Origin: Octopus sinensis
Taxonomy: Eukaryota
NCBI RefSeq assembly: GCF_006345805.1
Contig: NC_042998.1
Coordinates: 187,922,001 to 187,986,000 of the forward strand
Direction: 5' to 3'
Length of the DNA: 64,000 nucleotides
Part shown: in pieces, positions 23,655-35,641 of the stretch
Numbering within the stretch: position 1 is the first letter of the stretch
Layout of the letters: every line of letters starts with the position of its first letter
The notes under the pieces: model-generated
What the model saw: only the letters and a program-made list of their open reading frames with translations
Told to the model about the DNA's origin: nothing
Database searches by the model: none
Translations under genes and position numbers: made by a program

Positions 23655-24850
23655 GCACAAATTTTATACTTTTTTTGATAGGGTTGCTTGGCCTTTCAAC
23701 AACCTTATTCTTAGCTTAAGTTTATCTAGGGCCCTTCTAAAGTGGTACACCAGCTCGCCTCTAGGGGTGGTGTTGACGTTCATGACACTCTGGTATTTGT
23801 GGCTATCATACCATGAGTTGGCCTTTCCTATTTTCTTTTTTGTCCTTTCAATAGTGTTCCATGACTTGCTCTTATAAAGTGGGCAAATCCCATTACTATC
23901 ATTACATAAGATAGTTTCAAATTTCCTCATGGCTCCTTTATATACTCTGATCTTTTCTTTATGGCTGTTACCTGAGAACTGCATGCAGTGAACGAAATGT
24001 TGTATGTATGATAGTCACAAATACCAGAGTGTCATGTTCGTTGACACCACCCCTAGAGGCGAACTGGCATACTGCTTTAGAAGAGCCCTAGACAAACTTG
24101 AGCTAAGAAAGGCCAGACAACCCTATCAAATCCCTAATTGGTAGAACCTACCTTTTTTTGTAGAACCCAACCCCCTGTACTGATAGGAACTGTACTGTAT
24201 GTAGATTTAGTCCACAAACAAACTGTAAAGCAAGAAATGTAGTCTCAACAACATAGAAGTTAAAATCTTGTCCACACGTAGAACAGACACAACACTTAGA
24301 CAAATTACAGAAGCTACACGCATAATAGAAGATAAACCTAGCCTGAATAGGAAACTAGAATGGAACACTAGCACACACCACAACATATGATAGAATAAGA
24401 TCCCCATAAACTGATAACAATATAAATAACACAATACACAGATAAACAAATGGAATTAGATAACTATATACATTAACAAAATTAAATTAAATTAAATACA
24501 AAAAAAATAATAAAAATATAAGTAGGTATAAACACATGAACAAAATAAATAAAAGCAAATTAAATGAACGTCTATAACAGGGGATACAGATAATACAGGC
24601 ACTCCCCTCACACACAGACTTTCCAAACATAGACACACATATGAGTATATGCATGCGCAAATAAAGACACATACAATAGGAATACAAAATACTAAATGGC
24701 TGATTGGTAGTAAGGAAAGATACACAAATAAGAAGGGAGAAAGCAAAGGACCACTGATGAGGTCACAGAAGTGTGGCGAAAGAACTGTGGCCGAAATATG
24801 ATTAATGTAAAAAATAAAATAAAGTTGAAGCAAATTAAAACCAAATATAT
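23655..24850. mobile_element. Penelope-like element: minus fragment 23655-23990 and inverted plus-strand 3' portion 24005-24850
   Basis: CPLYKSKSW..KANSWY..QSVMNVNTTPRGEL (post-RT region); plus strand LRQITEATRI..PSLNRKLEWN (GIY-YIG C-terminal-like); 23680-23815 and 24010-24125 are inverted copies; hammerhead-like core at 24754. Confidence 0.75.
24751..24803 (+). ncRNA. Hammerhead-ribozyme-like core (probably decayed)
   Basis: CTGATGA (24754-24760), stem II ggtcacag/ctgtggcc, GAAA (24793-24796); stem I and cleavage triplet not evident. Confidence 0.5.
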
Positions 24851-24960
24851 AGTGTGTGTGTTTTATTGGCTAAACTGGCAAAATGACCATCCCTAAATAC
24901 AACAATATCTGTTTCAACACACAATTTCACATCAAGAATCTTGAAAAATGAATATATAAA

Positions 24961-24993
<33 letters not shown>

Positions 24994-25079
24994 GTATGTA
25001 TGTTTTTCCCTTCCTTGATATCAGCCACACTCACTCTGCCATCACATTTTCCTCACTCTAACACTCTTTGCATCTTTCT

Positions 25080-25270
25080 CATTTTATCAAATAATAGCCT
25101 CCCCCCCAGAGGGCCCATTATAGATTTTTATTGAAATTCAATTAGCCTATAATTGAACTGGATATAAGTTTAATATGTATGCAAAGTTTCGTAAAAATTG
25201 GTTCACTGGTGTAGGCAGCAAGATTGTAACAGACAGATCCACAGACAGAAATTGCCATTAGATATATTAA
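25080..25270 (+). mobile_element. Helitron/HINE-like 3' fragment
   Basis: gcaaagtttcgtaaaaattgg..acagacagatccacagacagaaattgccattagatata. Confidence 0.45.
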
Positions 25271-25529
25271 ACATCAAATACAAAATGTGTACTTAATATA
25301 TTTCATATATTTGATGTGTCTAATTTTCTTATCCAATAATTGCTTCTATATCCTTTCAACCTGATCTGTCATATAGCTTTTGATTACCTTGTGGCATGAT
25401 CCCCTGTAAAGTTTGAATCTTTTGACCACTACTTAGTGTTTTCTATACTGAAAATATCTGACAACCGATGGTGTGTTTCACCGTAAAAACACCACATTAG
25501 TTGCCAAGTGATGGTGGGGTGGGGTGGGG

Positions 25530-25672
25530 GAACAAACATGCAAATATATATATATATGATGGGCTTCTTTCAGTTTTGCCTGAGGCTATAGTAGAAGACA
25601 CTTGCCTAAGAGGCCCACACAGTGGGACTGAACCTGGAACCATGTGGTTGGGAAACAAGTTTCTTATCACCA
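25530..25672 (-). mobile_element. SINE-A fragment
   Basis: gggactgaacctggaaccatgtggttgg. Confidence 0.85.
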
Positions 25673-25728
25673 TGTATGTATGTATGTGTGTATATATATA
25701 TATAAACACACATACACACACACATATA

Positions 25729-25763
<35 letters not shown>

Positions 25764-26107
25764 GGAAAGTGGGGGGTACATATTCTTCAAAATCTGGCTA
25801 CACATCTAATATTCAGCATCAATCATGATGTTACTATAAGCTTTCCAATCAAGATATTGTTGACAACAATCCTTACACCCTAAGCCTGAAAGCTAATATT
25901 AAAGATTGGCTTAAGTAATTTAAGATAATTCCGCCTTTGTAATTTGAATGAACAGGGGTTATCTTGACAATGTTGTATGTCATTTTATTTATCATTCCAC
26001 AGCATGGGTCAGATTGTATTGCAGTCCTCTGTAGTGTTGATATATTTCAGAAACTTTCAGGGGTTATAACCAAACATTTTAGTTTAGTTGTGTTGTACTG
26101 CATTTTT

Positions 26108-26527
26108 GGATCTTTTCGGTTTGAACGGCAGTTTTTAAAAATAATTTCCACGTAACTAAACACTTTTAAACTTCGTATACTGGTAGAATGTGTTTATAAA
26201 ACATCTTTTTCTCTTGGCTTTATTGAGAAAATTCTATAGTTTGTAAGATATTTGTTGTTTTTTTTCTTCAATTTCTGCAATTTCAACCAATCAATGACAT
26301 CTATTGAGGTAAAAAAAAACATTCTGTGCCGTATGAATACATCCCTCGTTTAAGAAACAGATTGGGTTTATTTACATTTGTGAAGAAAAAAAGATACCCT
26401 TCCCCCACTCCTAACCCTAACCCTAAAACAGATTGAAATGCAATAGATCGATACTAGGGTCATAATTATGGGTGACAATTTCATATGACACCGCTAGAAA
26501 AAACTGCCTTTCAAACCGAAAAGATAC
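26108..26527. mobile_element. MITE with ~27-bp TIRs, internal (CCCTAA)n and 8-bp TSD
   Basis: ggatcttttcggtttgaacggcagttt / aaactgcctttcaaaccgaaaagatac; gcattttt at 26100-26107 and 26528-26535. Confidence 0.85.
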
Positions 26528-27094
26528 GCATTTTTTAGATTATACATGTGTGTGTGTGTGTGTGTGTGTGTGCATGTGTGTATGTGTGTGTGATGGATAA
26601 AATTAAATTTAGCACTGCTACTTAACAACATCTCATGGCCATTGCTAGGTATGATGCCATCTTGATATTTTCTATACCAGAAAATATCTGTCAGCTTCAC
26701 ACTTTCATAACTGGCATCGATATTGAATTATTTTTTTAACAAGGGTAATTAAAGGTCCTGCCAAAATTTTGATGTATGTCGTAAACAAGATTTCTAAATT
26801 TCATCCAGATGTTTGCTTTAGGTAGCCCCTGTCCTGCTGGAAGACATATTTGGCTGTTAGTGGGGAATTTACTGTGTTATAAGACTTTGGCTATTTTTGA
26901 TCTCGACACTTTTTCAAAACTTTTTCAAACACATTTTGATGTATGAATTCAGTGAGATTGGCATGGAATTTTTTGGCCAAGACTCATTTTTCTTTTTAAT
27001 TGACATTATGGATTGAATTGTTGAACATAAAACTTTGGTGAGAGGCTTTTGCTCAAGATTTATTGTGATAACATTGTTTTAGAATTGGAGCAAT

Positions 27095-27480
27095 ATCATC
27101 ATCATCATCGTTTAACGTCCGTTTTCACGCTAGCACGGGTTGGACGGTTTGACCGGGGTCTGGGAAGCCAGGGGCTGCACCAGGCTCCAGTCTGATCTGG
27201 CAGTGTTTCTACAGCTGGATGCCCTTCCTAACGCCAACCACTCTGTGAGTGTAGTGGGTGCTTTTTACGTGCCACCTGCACAGGTGCCAGGGGGGGTCTG
27301 GCATCGACCACGATCGGTTGGTGATTTTTATGTGCCACCGGCACAGAAGCCAGTCGAGGCGGGGCTGGCATCGGCCACGTTCGGATGGTGCTTTTTATGT
27401 GCCACCGGCACAGAAGCCAGTCGAGGCGGCGCTGGCAACAGCCACGTTCGGATGGTGCTTTTTATGTGCCACCGGCACTT
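27095..27480 (-). mobile_element. RTE 3'-UTR copy (family B) with tandem subrepeats
   Basis: Repeats of ggatggtgctttttatgtgccaccggcacagaagccagtcgaggcg. Confidence 0.92.
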
Positions 27481-27543
27481 GAAAATAATTGCTAACATTT
27501 CATCAAAAATGATGATATGGTATTTCATCAAATATGATGATAT

Positions 27544-27615
27544 GATTAATATTCATTTTGAATTATAACTTCTTGTTATTAAACATGAAGTTATAATTCA
27601 AAATGAATATTAATC
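27544..27615. repeat. Perfect hairpin, 29-bp arms, 14-nt loop
   Basis: gattaatattcattttgaattataacttc / gaagttataattcaaaatgaatattaatc. Confidence 0.9.
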
Positions 27616-27881
27616 TTTTCAACCCCACCCAAGTATTTTCATCTACTTCTCAGCTGAAAAAAATTCCAAATTCTTAGGAAGTTTACTTGATAGAATGTTG
27701 GAGCCCAACATTCTAAAGTTGTCAATCCTTTAAAGATGAATTTTAATCTTTGTAATTAAAATGTGTGGTTATAATTATATGTCTACTTTATCTCTTAAAC
27801 ATTCTCTTTCCCTCTGTCTCTCTCACTCACTTTCTTTTTTTATTTTTTACTGAGGGAAATTTGACAGAATTTTTCTACATA

Positions 27882-28292
27882 GGCGCAGGAGTGGCTGTGT
27901 GGTAAGTAGCTTGCTAACCAACCACATGGTTCCGGGTTCAGTCCCACTGCGTGGCACCTTGGGCAAGTGTCTTCTGCTATAGCCTCGGGCTGACCGATGC
28001 CCTGTGAGTGGATTTGGTAGACGGAAACTGAAAGAAGCCTGTCGTATATATATATATATATAAGTGTGTGTGTATATGTTTGTGTGTCTGTGTTTGTCCC
28101 CCTAGCATTGGTTGACAACCGATGCTGGTGTGTTTACATCCCCGTCACTTAGTGGTTCGGCAAAAGAGACCGATAGAATAAGTACTGGGCTTACAAAGAA
28201 TAAGTCCCGGGGTCGATTTGCTCGACTAAAGGCGGTGCTCCAGCATGGCCGCAGTCAAATGACTGAGACAAGTAAAAGAGAGAGAGAGAGAG
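27882..28292 (+). mobile_element. SINE-A, full length
   Basis: ggcgcaggagtggctgtgtggtaag...gactgagacaagtaaaagag. Confidence 0.95.
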
Positions 28293-28677
28293 AAAAGAGA
28301 TATAACATTTTACATATAAATCAGAACACTTAAAAATCTAATCCTGAGATTGATGCTATTCATGTTCCTTTTGAATCTATGTCATCAACACCCGTGTGAA
28401 AGGGTTGATTGAGCTAGGAGGGAACTTCAGGGGTTTCAGTGTTCTAGGAAGTGGGAACTAGTTGTAGTTATTGCACACACACAAAACACATTTCTCATTG
28501 ATGCTGTTTAAATGTGCACCTTTTCTATGCTCACATGCATTGGATGGAATGTATTGTGGCAGATTTCCTGTGGCCAGATGACCTTCCTGTCATTAACCCT
28601 CACTTGTTTCCAAATAAAGTGATATTTTCCCATGGCCATCCATGTTTTATGGAAGATTGAAAATGAAGGTTGCTACT

Positions 28678-29112
28678 TGTTAGTTAGTTAATTTTTTGGC
28701 TCAAAAAGCAAAAAGCAAGGCCATGTAGGGGGACATGGAGTTATGTACAGGGTGGTGTTCATGCAAAGAGTTCAGGCCATTTCTGGTCAAGAGAGACTTT
28801 GAACTGAGCGGTCGTCGGCATCTTCACTATCTCGTCCGGCAGCATATTCCACGGATCTGCAACCTGGACGGAGAAAGCCCCTCTCCTTTGATTGAGATGA
28901 AATCGTCACAGATAGAGCTTTTTGGAGTGACCCTGCAGCCGACGCTCTGGAGCAGGAGTGAAGAACAGCTCTTTCGAGAGGTTACACTTTCCGCTTATGA
29001 TGTTGTGAGCAAGAATGAGATCACCACGGTGTCGTCGTTTTTCTAGAGAATAAAGGTCGAGCGTCTTCAGCCTTTCTTCATAAGACAAATGCTTGAGACC
29101 AAGAACCATGCG
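28678..29112 (-). mobile_element. CR1-clade LINE 3' end
   Basis: LSYEERLKTLDLYSLEKRRHRGDLILAHNII..RLQGHSKKL; short tandem tail. Confidence 0.9.
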
Positions 29113-29124
29113 GTGATCCATGGC

Positions 29125-29290
29125 TCACTTCCTGCACTTGCAATGTTTCATCAACCGAGAGGAGGTAAAAGCTTCAATGAAAGAGTTCTTTGCCTTCAAG
29201 GATAAGAACTGGTATCAAAGTGAGATCAAAGAACTGGAAGGAAGGTGACATGATGTAACACGATGGCCTCCACTTTGAATGTTAGGTTAC
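29125..29290 (+). mobile_element. Mariner transposase C-terminal fragment
   Basis: FSSTEEVKASMKEFFAFKDKNWYQSEIKELEGR matches the mariner C-terminal pattern (EFFASK..WY..GI..L..RW). Confidence 0.65.
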
Positions 29291-30843
29291 TTTTGTTGTA
29301 ACTTGACAAATAAAGCAAATAAGATACCAAAATATTGTTCAATTTTTGACTCGAGACATGTTTGGAAGAGCCTTCTATACTCCAAAAGTTAGTGGCTTTA
29401 GATGATGTTGACATATTATATTTACAAATTGTATTACAAACAAAAGCTACTCAATGTTTATTGTAGAGCAAGTGTTTGTTGTAAACTTGAGTACTGTTCT
29501 ATTACTTGCTGAAGTGTTAGTAATTAAAAGTCACCAAGTAAATACACAGAATTATATAGCTATTGAGAGAGATAGATTGATAGATAGATAGAGAGGGAGG
29601 GAAGGAGATAGATAGATAGATAGATAGATAGGGAGGGATGGAGAGAGAGAGAAAAGTGGGGAAATGGAAGATGAGAGTGATTTCACTAGAAATTAAAAAC
29701 TTCTCAAGTACCATCATCTGCATTGTGATGATTATTCCTTTAGCAGTCAGATCACTAATCAAGCATTATTACTTAGCTTTGACATTTTGATGATATGATT
29801 GTTTATTTCTAGACTGTTTGTGTAGATTAAATGTGAGAGGCCAAATCTGACCAGTTTGAACATAAAACAATAAAACAGGTAGAATATTTGGGCTAGGTAC
29901 AACTGATTTAAATGTTAAGGGGTTTAAAGTATTTTTAATGATTCTAACAAAATCAGTACTCAGGTAGTGTTACAGAGATTATATTTTCAATTAGCATTAA
30001 GTAGAGTGCTATGTGTTATTAAAGTATTTCATTAGCATCGCTGTCATCATCATCATTGTCTTCATCTTTTGATGTCTGTTTTCTATGCTGGTATGGGTTG
30101 CACAGTTTGACAAGATCCAACCAGTCAGGGGACTGTGTCAGGTTTCAATGTCAGTTTTGGTATAGTTTCTACAGTGTTGACAAGAGCAGCATGCCCTTCT
30201 TATTACCAATGACTTTCTAGAGAGCACCGTTTTTTCCCCTTGACACTAACATTAGTGAGGTTACAAATGTAACATGTGGGACTAAGATCCATGTTGGCTG
30301 ATTGAGACTAGAGAAGAGAGGCAAGCAGCTTTGTGCTAGATGTTAAGTGCTTAAAGTATGAAAGGAGCAGCAGCCATGTATCCCCTGTAGTGGGGAGATA
30401 CATGTTGAGTTGAGACGTCTGTAGGAAAAATGTGGAGAGAGTATTTAGGACAAGATCTGAGGTGTTGTAGGTTATATTGTTTTGCTTGTACATACTCTAT
30501 TGCAGTTGTTTGTGAACCATTTAAAAGTTATGGACTTTGGTTGTGTGAACTGTAGAGGGATATATATAGGAAGATAGTTTTGGTCACCCACTTTGCTATC
30601 TCAGATAGGTTAGGGCATTGTACCATTTCACCCTAACTAGAGCTAGTGGATAAGTTAGCCGATACGGTTTGCTGAAAGTTCAGACAGATTGTGATGGTGA
30701 GAGGAGGGACTGGAATACATTTGTACTATATCAATCAATACAATCAATAGTTAAACAATTTTATTTGCTCATTATAACATTCTAGATTTTATGTGCTTTA
30801 CACCAACTCTGTTATACCACAGAAACGAAAGTTTATGGTTCTT

Positions 30844-31265
30844 GGATCTTTTCGGTTTGAACGGCAGTTTCTAACATAATTTCTAGGTAACTAAAAAATT
30901 TTAAACTTCGTATACTGGTAGAATGTGTTTATAAAACATCTTTTTCTCTTGGCTTTATTGAGAAAATTCTATGGTTTGTAAGATATTTGTTGTTTTTTTT
31001 CTTTAATTTCAACCAATCACTGACATCTATTGAGGTAAAAAAAAAACCCATTCTGTGCCGTATGAATATGTCCCTCGTTTAAGAAACAGATTGGGTTTAT
31101 TTACATTTGTGAAGAAAAAAATACCCTTCTCCCCACCCCTAACCCTAACCCTAATTAACCCTAACACTAAAACAGATTGAAATGCACGATGCTAGGGTCA
31201 TAATTATGGGTGACAATTTCATATGACACCGCTAGAAAAAACTGCCGTTGAAACCGAAAAGATCC
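30844..31265. mobile_element. Second copy of the CCCTAA-containing MITE
   Basis: Highly similar to 26108-26527; TIRs ggatcttttcgg.. / ..ccgaaaagatcc. Confidence 0.9.
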
Positions 31266-31419
31266 TATATAGTTTCTAATATAGCATGTGACTCAGAGCA
31301 GTTTTAAGTGGAGTATTATATTCATGTGTGGTTATGTGAATTGTAATTGTGACAAGTCTTTTCTGACAGAAAATAAGTTTTGTAATCAGGATCTGTGAAT
31401 AAGTTTGGTACTATTTAAG

Positions 31420-32000
31420 AAGAGTGGACTAGTCGTGACTAGTCGATCCTACAACGACTACCTAGCAAAGTTATTAAAACACAAATTATATTTTTTTTAC
31501 ACGAAGTAAATATTTTTTTTAAGCAAAGTAAATAAAACACAAAAGCATAAAGTAAGTAATCAAGATCTGTGAATAAGTTTGGTGTATTTAGTCTGTGATT
31601 GCATATTGTCAGGAATTCTAGGATAAAGTTTAAAAAGTTCGTTTTTGTTATCGATTGCGTTTTTTATATTTTATCTGTACTTCATAAGTTTGATATTTTG
31701 TAGCAGAGAAAAGTCAGTAATAAGAACAAAATCAAATGGCGAAAATAAGATGAGAAACACAAAACCTAGAGTAGCAGAATTTGACCGACTCTGCACTCAA
31801 TCACTCAAATTTGTACTTTTCCTTTCGTTTTTACGCTCACACTTTCACACAATACAATCAACAGGTTACGAATTGATTAAAACAAGGGAGGTCACTATCG
31901 TAATATTATACCATAGTAATGTCCCTTCGTAAGAACCGTTTTTTTTTTTTTTGGTGTACGTATGTAATTTGCATGAGGTGTCTGCGTAACATCGCGTGAT
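31420..32000. promoter_or_regulatory. CpG-enriched unique segment, possible promoter or first exon
   Basis: Visibly more CpG than flanking unique DNA, YY1-like AAATGGCG at 31734-31741, ~3.6 kb upstream of the first ATG-bearing exon. Confidence 0.25.
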
Positions 32001-32513
32001 TCCATATATTTTATGTAAAGAATTTAGAGTGCAAAATTATTTTTTTCTTTTTGACTGTTTCACATTTATGTGTCTGTGCTCGTGTGTTGTTATTCGTATA
32101 AATGTAGAATTGTGACTAGTTGCTTTTTCCACTACTCTGTTATGGTAGTGGGGATTATAATCTGTATATTGGTATTAGAACACAACAGCATTCATGCCTT
32201 GCCCAAGGGTAAATAAATACAACTTCTGTAACGAAGTTTGAACTCAAGACAATGTGGTCAGTAGGTCATCAAGTTAAACTCATTGATATGGAGCCTCTAA
32301 ATTTGATATGCTTATTATACCTGAAATTGTTTGTGCCTATATTCTCCACTTATGAATTGTTAATAAATTATTTTTTTTGTAAGTTTTAGTAAATTGTTCT
32401 GAAAGCCCAGCTGTTTACATTTATCTCAGCTTACCGTGACACTTAACCGTCCTAGCTAGTTTGTAGTTAGCACCTAATATCAATAATGTTTTAATTTGCT
32501 TTTGTCTGGTGAG

Positions 32514-32987
32514 TGTGTGTGTGTGTGAGAGAGAGAGAGAGACCTTGTCTTGACACAGCCCAATAGTTGCAAATTATAGTCACTGTCATACAAGCAGTGT
32601 TGTTCTTTTCCAATCTTCCATGAAAATGTGTCTGGCCATGAGGAAACGTTACTATGCTTGAAAACCAGTGAGGGCTGATGAAAGGAAGAGTTGCCTTGCT
32701 ATTGTGCCAATGTTCTGATTATATAATAGATATCATCATCATCTCACCATCCAGTTTTCCATGCTTGAATGGGTCGGATGGAATTTATTCAGATAGATTT
32801 TTCTACAGCCTGATGCTCTTCCTTTCATCAGCACTCACCGGTTTTCAAGCATGGTAACATTTCCTCATGGCCAGACACATTTTCATGGAATATTGGAAAA
32901 GAACGACACTGCTTGTATGACAGTGACTATCATTTGCAACTTTTAGGCTGTGTCAAGACAAGGCCTCTCTCTCTCACACACACACAC
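32514..32987. repeat. Foldback of family D repeat (arms 32514-32690 and 32816-32987)
   Basis: ~175-bp inverted arms with about a dozen mismatches, including the flanking (GT)(GA) tract. Confidence 0.9.
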
Positions 32988-33214
32988 GCATAGGCTTCTT
33001 TCAGTCTCTATTATATTAGAACGATCATTATAATTGTTTTGAGAGTGTTTAATTTTGTTTTGCACAAAAATAAACATCAACAACTAATATGGAATTATGG
33101 GAACAAGGTTTTCTTTAGAAACAATTTCCATAACAAAGATAAGTTTAAAGCATAATAATATTAAAACAAAGAATAAAATATATATAGACTCAATTTATAC
33201 ATGGACAATTGAAC

Positions 33215-33676
33215 TTGAGCATTTCTGGCTGTGTAACCTCTCTCTGTCTGGGTAACCATAAACCTCTTCTACAGCAAGACATCTGTTTTCTGTCTCTCTG
33301 TCACACTCTAACCTTTCATCATCTGATACAAGATCATCTCCTCCAATGCCCTCACCCCTCTCAAAGATTCCTTGGTGACCCTACCAGTGCAGGTGCCACT
33401 TAAAAAGTACCCAGTCCACACTGTAAAGTGGTTGGCATTTGGAAGGGCATCCAGCTGTAAAAATCATGTCAAAATTGATCTCACCTGTGCAAGTGCCAAG
33501 TAAAAACACTCAGCTCACTCTGCAGAGTGGTTGCTGTTAGGAAGGGCATACAACTGTAAAAACCATACCAAAACAGACATAAGAGCATGGTTCAGGCTTC
33601 TGCCTGGCCAGCTCCTGTCAAACTGTCCAACCCATGCCAGCATGGAAGGAGGACGTTAAACGATGATGATGATGAT
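33215..33676 (+). mobile_element. Composite repeat plus RTE 3'-UTR copy
   Basis: Collinear with 1925-2378; ends ggacgttaaacgatgatgatgatg. Confidence 0.8.
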
Positions 33677-34469
33677 GTTCAGCTCACAAAATGACCCATC
33701 TGTTTGTGTTGTATAGCAATAATAGTAACTGCGATGAGACTTTCATTATCTGTGTATCTTTTTTACATTTTTGTGGGCAGGACAAACAGAGAATATGACA
33801 TACTGCTAGTTATGTTAATGCATCAAATATATATTTCTATTAGTATTTACCTTTCATCTTTTTGCTGTCAATAAAATAAGTACCAGTCAAGTATAGGTGC
33901 CCCATTTTAGAAATCATTATTACAATTTTGAGATAATTATACTAAATATATCATGACCTGAATGATGGAACGAAGAGAATATGGAAGTTGTAGGTATTAT
34001 AACTAAGTAAGCTTCTTAATTTATGTAACTGTGTTTGGTCATGTGTTGGGCCATAATTTATTTCTGGTTACTTATTGTTCTGTAACTCCTGGTTAGTTTT
34101 TCACCAAGATGTGTACATCCTGGTTTTTAGGACAAGCATACCATATCCTTTTGTGCTGTAAGGGGCAACAAGAATGGTTGTTATCAGGAAGACCGTCTAA
34201 CCATAAATCTCTCCTCTTCAAAATCCCATGTGACTTTTGAGGAAGGGCTGATGTAAAGATGATAATAGTGTGACTATCCTGTCTCCCTAGATATTAAGGA
34301 TTACCCAGTTCAAAATATACTTTCTTTTATTAAGATGGTAGGATGTGATTTGGGGAAATTTTGGCTACTATTTCTTGCAAGTCAAGTGAATACAAAAAAT
34401 GCAAATTTTCTTTAAGAGGAGTGTTGACTTATTTGTTGATTGTAATCTTAATGGTGATTGTCACTGTAG

Positions 34470-34790
34470 CATCATCATCGTTTAACGTCTGCTTTCCATG
34501 CTAGCATGGGTTGGACAATTTGACTGAGGGCTGGCGAACCAGATGGCTGCACCAGGCTTCAATCTTGATCTGGCAGAGTTTCTACAGCTGGATGTCCTTC
34601 CTAATGCCAACCACTCCGAGAGTGTAGTGGGTGCTTTTACGTGCCACCGGTAAGGCGGTACTGGCAATGACCTCGCTCGAATCTTTTTACACATACCACC
34701 GGCTCCAGTAAGGTGATGCTGGTAACGATCACACTTGAATGGTGCTTTTTACGTGCCACCGGCACAGAGGCCAGTTAGCCGCTCTGATCC
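34470..34790 (-). mobile_element. RTE 3'-UTR copy (family B)
   Basis: Same consensus as other family B copies. Confidence 0.9.
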
Positions 34791-35594
34791 CAACAAATAT
34801 AAGGAAAATCTAAAGTGTGCAGTGTTATATGAAACATTCCTTAATAATAATAAGCTATTGAGAAAAGTTAAACTTAAGAAAGAACAACTATAATTCAGCT
34901 TTCTCTATTTTGAAAAGTAATATCACACATTAAATGACTTGATTGTAAAGTGATGCTTATTAAAATATATGTATTACAATCTAAAGTGAAATTCCTTAAA
35001 ATATTAATTTGAATACTTTACAGTGTGTCAAAGTGAATTTTGGTTTTGCCGACTATAACATCTAAATTTTTTTCTTTTTGGTATGAAAACTATATTGATT
35101 TATTTTGAGATGCCGAGTGGTAATAATAATAAGCTTGGGGCTAATTAGAAATGGTGCTAATTAAAATGATTATATCTAATTAATAGTAATGTTAAGCACT
35201 ACACTTGATGATGATGATGATGCTTAGTATTTACCTAGAAAAAAAAAAATTAAAGCATTCTATCAAAGCCTCAATCTAAACAGTAAGACATGACGTAAGT
35301 AAGATCATTGTAAACAATGCCCCTTTGTAAGAAGTTTTGAAATATTTAAATGTTTTTTTTTTTATAATGCCTTACTGACATTAAATTTTATCTTTTTCTC
35401 TGGCCTATGAAAAGCCTCACACCAATAAAAGAACATCTAATAGGAGGAATTTTTAGTTTTCAAAATCAGGAAATGGAAGAACTCTTTGCTTTCTTGAGAT
35501 AGCACAATCTTTGATGATCAGCTTATTTATTATATATTGTTAAATTTATATTACTAGTAAGTTATTAATATTTATGTTTATTTTTCATTTTCAG

Positions 35595-35641
35595 AGGCAG
35601 TTTTTTGACAATGTGGCCATGGAAGAAGGAAAAACCACCAG
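35595..35641 (+). CDS. Small exon of an unidentified host gene; either ..MWPWKKEKPP(V) (ATG 35611) or RQFFDNVAMEEGKTT(S) (ATG 35619)
   Basis: Strong acceptor tttatttttcattttcAG (35594), donor CAG|gtatat (35642), non-repetitive and GC-richer than flanks; both open frames continue in phase into exon 46496-46551. Confidence 0.55.

Noticed and set aside
26408-26430. Telomeric repeats suggesting a chromosome end or fusion site
   Set aside because: Only 2-4 units, embedded at the same position in both copies of a MITE.
27258-27482. Regular ~46-50 bp repeats resembling a CRISPR array (also 43900-44090, 49095-49310)
   Set aside because: Head-to-tail VNTR units without unique spacers, inside an RTE 3' UTR of a eukaryote; no cas genes.
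27882-27960. tRNA-like heads with A/B boxes (SINE-A, SINE-C, 62905 element)
   Set aside because: No cloverleaf or terminator; multi-copy SINE heads rather than tRNA genes.
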